Of a DNA stretch of 64,000 nucleotides, positions 61,680 through 64,000 are shown in pieces. The DNA is from a virus, in IMG/VR virus record IMGVR_UViG_2617270923_000003, positions 1 through 64,000 of that record. One strand, 5' to 3'. The translations under genes and the position numbers were made by a program. The notes below the pieces were generated by a model that did no database searches, was not told the origin of the DNA, and saw only the letters and a list, made by a program, of their open reading frames with translations. Numbering within the stretch: position 1 is the stretch's first letter; each line of letters begins with the position of its first letter.

Positions 61680-64000
61680 CCGCTTGCTCCCGCCTTGAGC
61701 GCCGTCACTTCAGCGCGCAACTCCTTGATCGCCTGGATTAGAACAGGAGTGAGCTTGTCATAAGCGACCACGCGCCACTGTTCGCCATCATTCTGTTCGT
61801 CGGGAATGGAGAGACTGACGATCTCCGGCAGAACAGCTTCAACCTCGTCAGCCAGAACACCGATGTCACGCTCGCCGGGGCGGCCGATAAGCTTGGTCTT
61901 GCCATTCCAGGTGAAGCGAACACCGCGGAGCTGTTGCACGATGTCGAGCGCATTATCAATTTCGGCTACATCATCCTTCAGACGAGGATCCGAATACGCG
62001 CCGACGTTACCAGCGGAAACCATGTCGCCACTCGGGGACGTATACCAAGACCAGGCAGGCCGAGACCAACCACCGAGACCGAAATAACCATCTGCGCGCA
62101 GATGCATCTTGATGCCATACTGACCCTGGCACAAGAATGTCATCGCGGCTACAGCACTGTCGCCGGTGCCAGATGCGTTCTGAATACGAAGATTGCCACC
62201 ATCGTCATTCTGGTTGGCATTTTGATTGATAGGGCGGGTCAACAAACTGCCGACCATCTGCTGATCAATATCGCGACGCAGCCAGTTTGCCGCGACTACG
62301 CCGCCCAACTGATCGGCCGTCGTCGCAGAGGCAGCCTTGCCGCTGGTGGAGAGCTTTCCGTCCAACGTCGTCTGCAGGTTGGTGATCTTGCTAATAGCCA
62401 ACGAAGGGATGCGTGCGTCAGCCAAGGTGCCGGACGAGATGTTCGAGGCGTTAAGCGAGGTCAGTGACGCGCCGGAGCCAGAGAATGAAACAGCGGTAAC
62501 AGCTCCCGTATATGTCGCGGTGGCGCAGGTAAAGCTCAGCGAGCCACCACCTGCGGTCCCGCTTCCGCCGCTTGCGATGATGCGGGCGTCGTAGTCGGTC
62601 GCGGTCGCGCCAGAATGGAAGTCGAGAACCGGCGTGCTCGCGGTTCCATCGGTGCGGCCGATCTCGATGGCAACACTGCCCGGTCCGTTGAGGGACAGGG
62701 TGTTGCCTGCGAGCGTCATCCGGTTACTTCCACCAGTGGTGAATCCGATTGAATCTGCGCCAGGGAACCACAAGCCCGTGTTCAGGTCGGCCGCGTTCGT
62801 GAAAGAAGGCGCGGCCGCTGAGTCCGAGTTGGTGCCATAGAAGCGGGCAAAGTCGGCGACGCCCGAGCCGGTAACATTACCAGCAAAGGAAGCACCCGAG
62901 GAGAAGGTCGCGGTTCCGGTGGTCGAGAAGGCGCCGGCAACGCTCAAACCGTTTCCAATCGCGACAGCGCCAGTCGTCGCACTCACCCGCAACGGACGAA
63001 GCGAATTGTATGCGCCGTTCTGATCACCCGAATCGGTCAGCATCAGATACCAGTTCGAACCGTCGAACCGTTGAAAGATACCGTAGTCGCCAGAGACGAA
63101 GCGATAGCTGTTCTGACTAGTCGAACGGAATTCCGCGCTATTGGTCAAGACGCCGCCGAGCGAGCCACCGGTCAGATTGAGCTTAGCATCCAAAGCTGCC
63201 TGCAGACTCGTAACATCCGAGATCGCGTGCGTGTGAACCGTGTCGGCCTTGCCGGACGTGCCGTTCTGAACTGCCGTCGTGACGAATGCGGTCGTGGCGA
63301 TACGCGTGGAATTATTGCCAACTGCCTGAGTAGGCGCCGTCGGCGTGCCGGTCAGAGCAGGAGACGCCAGCGGGGCCTTGGCGTTCAGGAGCGCGGCGAG
63401 ATCGGTAATATCCGCCGCTACGTGCGTGTGAGATGACGCGGCCTTAGCATCCAGAGCGGCCTGTAAGCCGGTCACATCAGCGATAACATGCTGATGGCCC
63501 GTTGCTGCGAGACCGGATGCCGCGATCGCCAGCTTAACGTGCGCGGTCGTGGCAAGCTGGGTGTTATTGGTCGCAGCCGCAGCGGTCGGAGCGGTCGGCG
63601 TTCCAGTGAGGGCCGGAGACGCCTTCGGTGCGAGGCCGTTGATTGCTGCCACCAGTCCCGTGATGTCAGCCATAGCATGAGTATGGCCGGCATCGGCCTT
63701 GCCGGCCAACGCCTGCGTCATCGTCGCCGCAAAGTTTGGATCGTCACCGAGGGCGTCTGCGATCTCCTGCAGCGTGTCGAGAGTGCCAGGCGCCGCACCG
63801 ATCATCTCATCCAACGCCTGTCGAACGTATTCGGTGTTGGCAATCGCGAGCGAGCGATCACTAGGGGCCTTAGTAGGGACAGTCGGGGTGCCGGTAAACG
63901 CCGGGGAGGCAATAAACGCGTCTAGCTGAGCTTGAAGGCCATTGATTTCCGCGATTTCATGCGCGTGGGTCTTGGTTGCAGCGTAGGCCGCAATCGCCTG
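61676..64000 (-). CDS. tail fibre protein with repeated H-x-H...DITGL motifs and a C-terminal intramolecular-chaperone (S74-like) domain; 5' end outside window
   Basis: Repeats GHTHAMADITGL / GHQHVIADVTGL / SHTHVAADITDL / HTHAISDVTSL / THAHEIAEINGL. The frame stays open to the window edge. C-terminal DPRLKDDV...RFTWNGK...YDKLTPVLIQAIKELRAEVTALK is typical of auto-cleaving fibre chaperone domains. Confidence 0.75.
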   Translation of the reverse strand, partial: QAIAAYAATKTHAHEIAEINGLQAQLDAFIASPAFTGTPTVPTKAPSDRSLAIANTEYVRQALDEMIGAAPGTLDTLQEIADALGDDPNFAATMTQALAGKADAGHTHAMADITGLVAAINGLAPKASPALTGTPTAPTAAAATNNTQLATTAHVKLAIAASGLAATGHQHVIADVTGLQAALDAKAASSHTHVAADITDLAALLNAKAPLASPALTGTPTAPTQAVGNNSTRIATTAFVTTAVQNGTSGKADTVHTHAISDVTSLQAALDAKLNLTGGSLGGVLTNSAEFRSTSQNSYRFVSGDYGIFQRFDGSNWYLMLTDSGDQNGAYNSLRPLRVSATTGAVAIGNGLSVAGAFSTTGTATFSSGASFAGNVTGSGVADFARFYGTNSDSAAAPSFTNAADLNTGLWFPGADSIGFTTGGSNRMTLAGNTLSLNGPGSVAIEIGRTDGTASTPVLDFHSGATATDYDARIIASGGSGTAGGGSLSFTCATATYTGAVTAVSFSGSGASLTSLNASNISSGTLADARIPSLAISKITNLQTTLDGKLSTSGKAASATTADQLGGVVAANWLRRDIDQQMVGSLLTRPINQNANQNDDGGNLRIQNASGTGDSAVAAMTFLCQGQYGIKMHLRADGYFGLGGWSRPAWSWYTSPSGDMVSAGNVGAYSDPRLKDDVAEIDNALDIVQQLRGVRFTWNGKTKLIGRPGERDIGVLADEVEAVLPEIVSLSIPDEQNDGEQWRVVAYDKLTPVLIQAIKELRAEVTALKAGASG

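Overview
This window looks like a 64 kb slice of a large, high-GC, T4-superfamily-like myovirus. The host is probably an alphaproteobacterium of the Rhizobiales, judging from the RepC-type initiator and the GC content. Almost all genes lie on the minus strand in tightly coupled operons with ATGA/TGATG overlaps.

I recognise these main modules:
- **DNA metabolism:** NrdB-NrdA-NrdH, dUTPase, a ThyX-like protein, a P-loop nucleoside kinase and an HD phosphohydrolase.
- **Replication and recombination, T4-like:** rIIA/rIIB, a gp32-like SSB, a UvsX RecA-like recombinase, an RNase H/FEN nuclease, SbcD/SbcC (gp47/gp46-like), a RuvC-like resolvase, DnaB-like helicase, DnaG-like primase, ATP-dependent DNA ligase, and a bacterial-type DnaE (Pol III alpha) as the only polymerase seen.
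- **NAD salvage:** NadV and NatV.
- **Other identifiable proteins:** RtcB RNA ligase, a RelA/SpoT-type HD alarmone hydrolase, an SPFH/band-7 protein, a CobS/CobT AAA+/vWA pair, PhoH, a sigma-70-family factor, and a 5'-partial tail fibre with an intramolecular-chaperone C-terminus.

A conserved promoter/operator cassette precedes more than 25 operons. It consists of a GC-rich upstream box, CGCTATAA, and the palindrome TAAGTAA-N4-TTACTTA placed just before the RBS.

The most unusual content is as follows:
1. A tRNA/ncRNA island at 21.28-22.52 kb holds several non-canonical tRNAs and a 277-nt structured element, and lies near RtcB.
2. A 75-aa release-factor domain that lacks the GGQ motif is translationally coupled to an HNH endonuclease and a DnaQ exonuclease.
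3. A plus-strand XRE / RHH-RepC plasmid-type replication module sits inside the phage.
4. Two AT-rich plus-strand morons are present: a PadR-regulated gene of unknown function and a low-GC orphan.
5. A WGR-domain protein, a Cys-rich protein and DNA ligase form one module.
6. Two families of shared C-terminal tail motifs recur: Y/F-G/A-x-F-COOH in seven proteins, and SGNLAAAINA in two.
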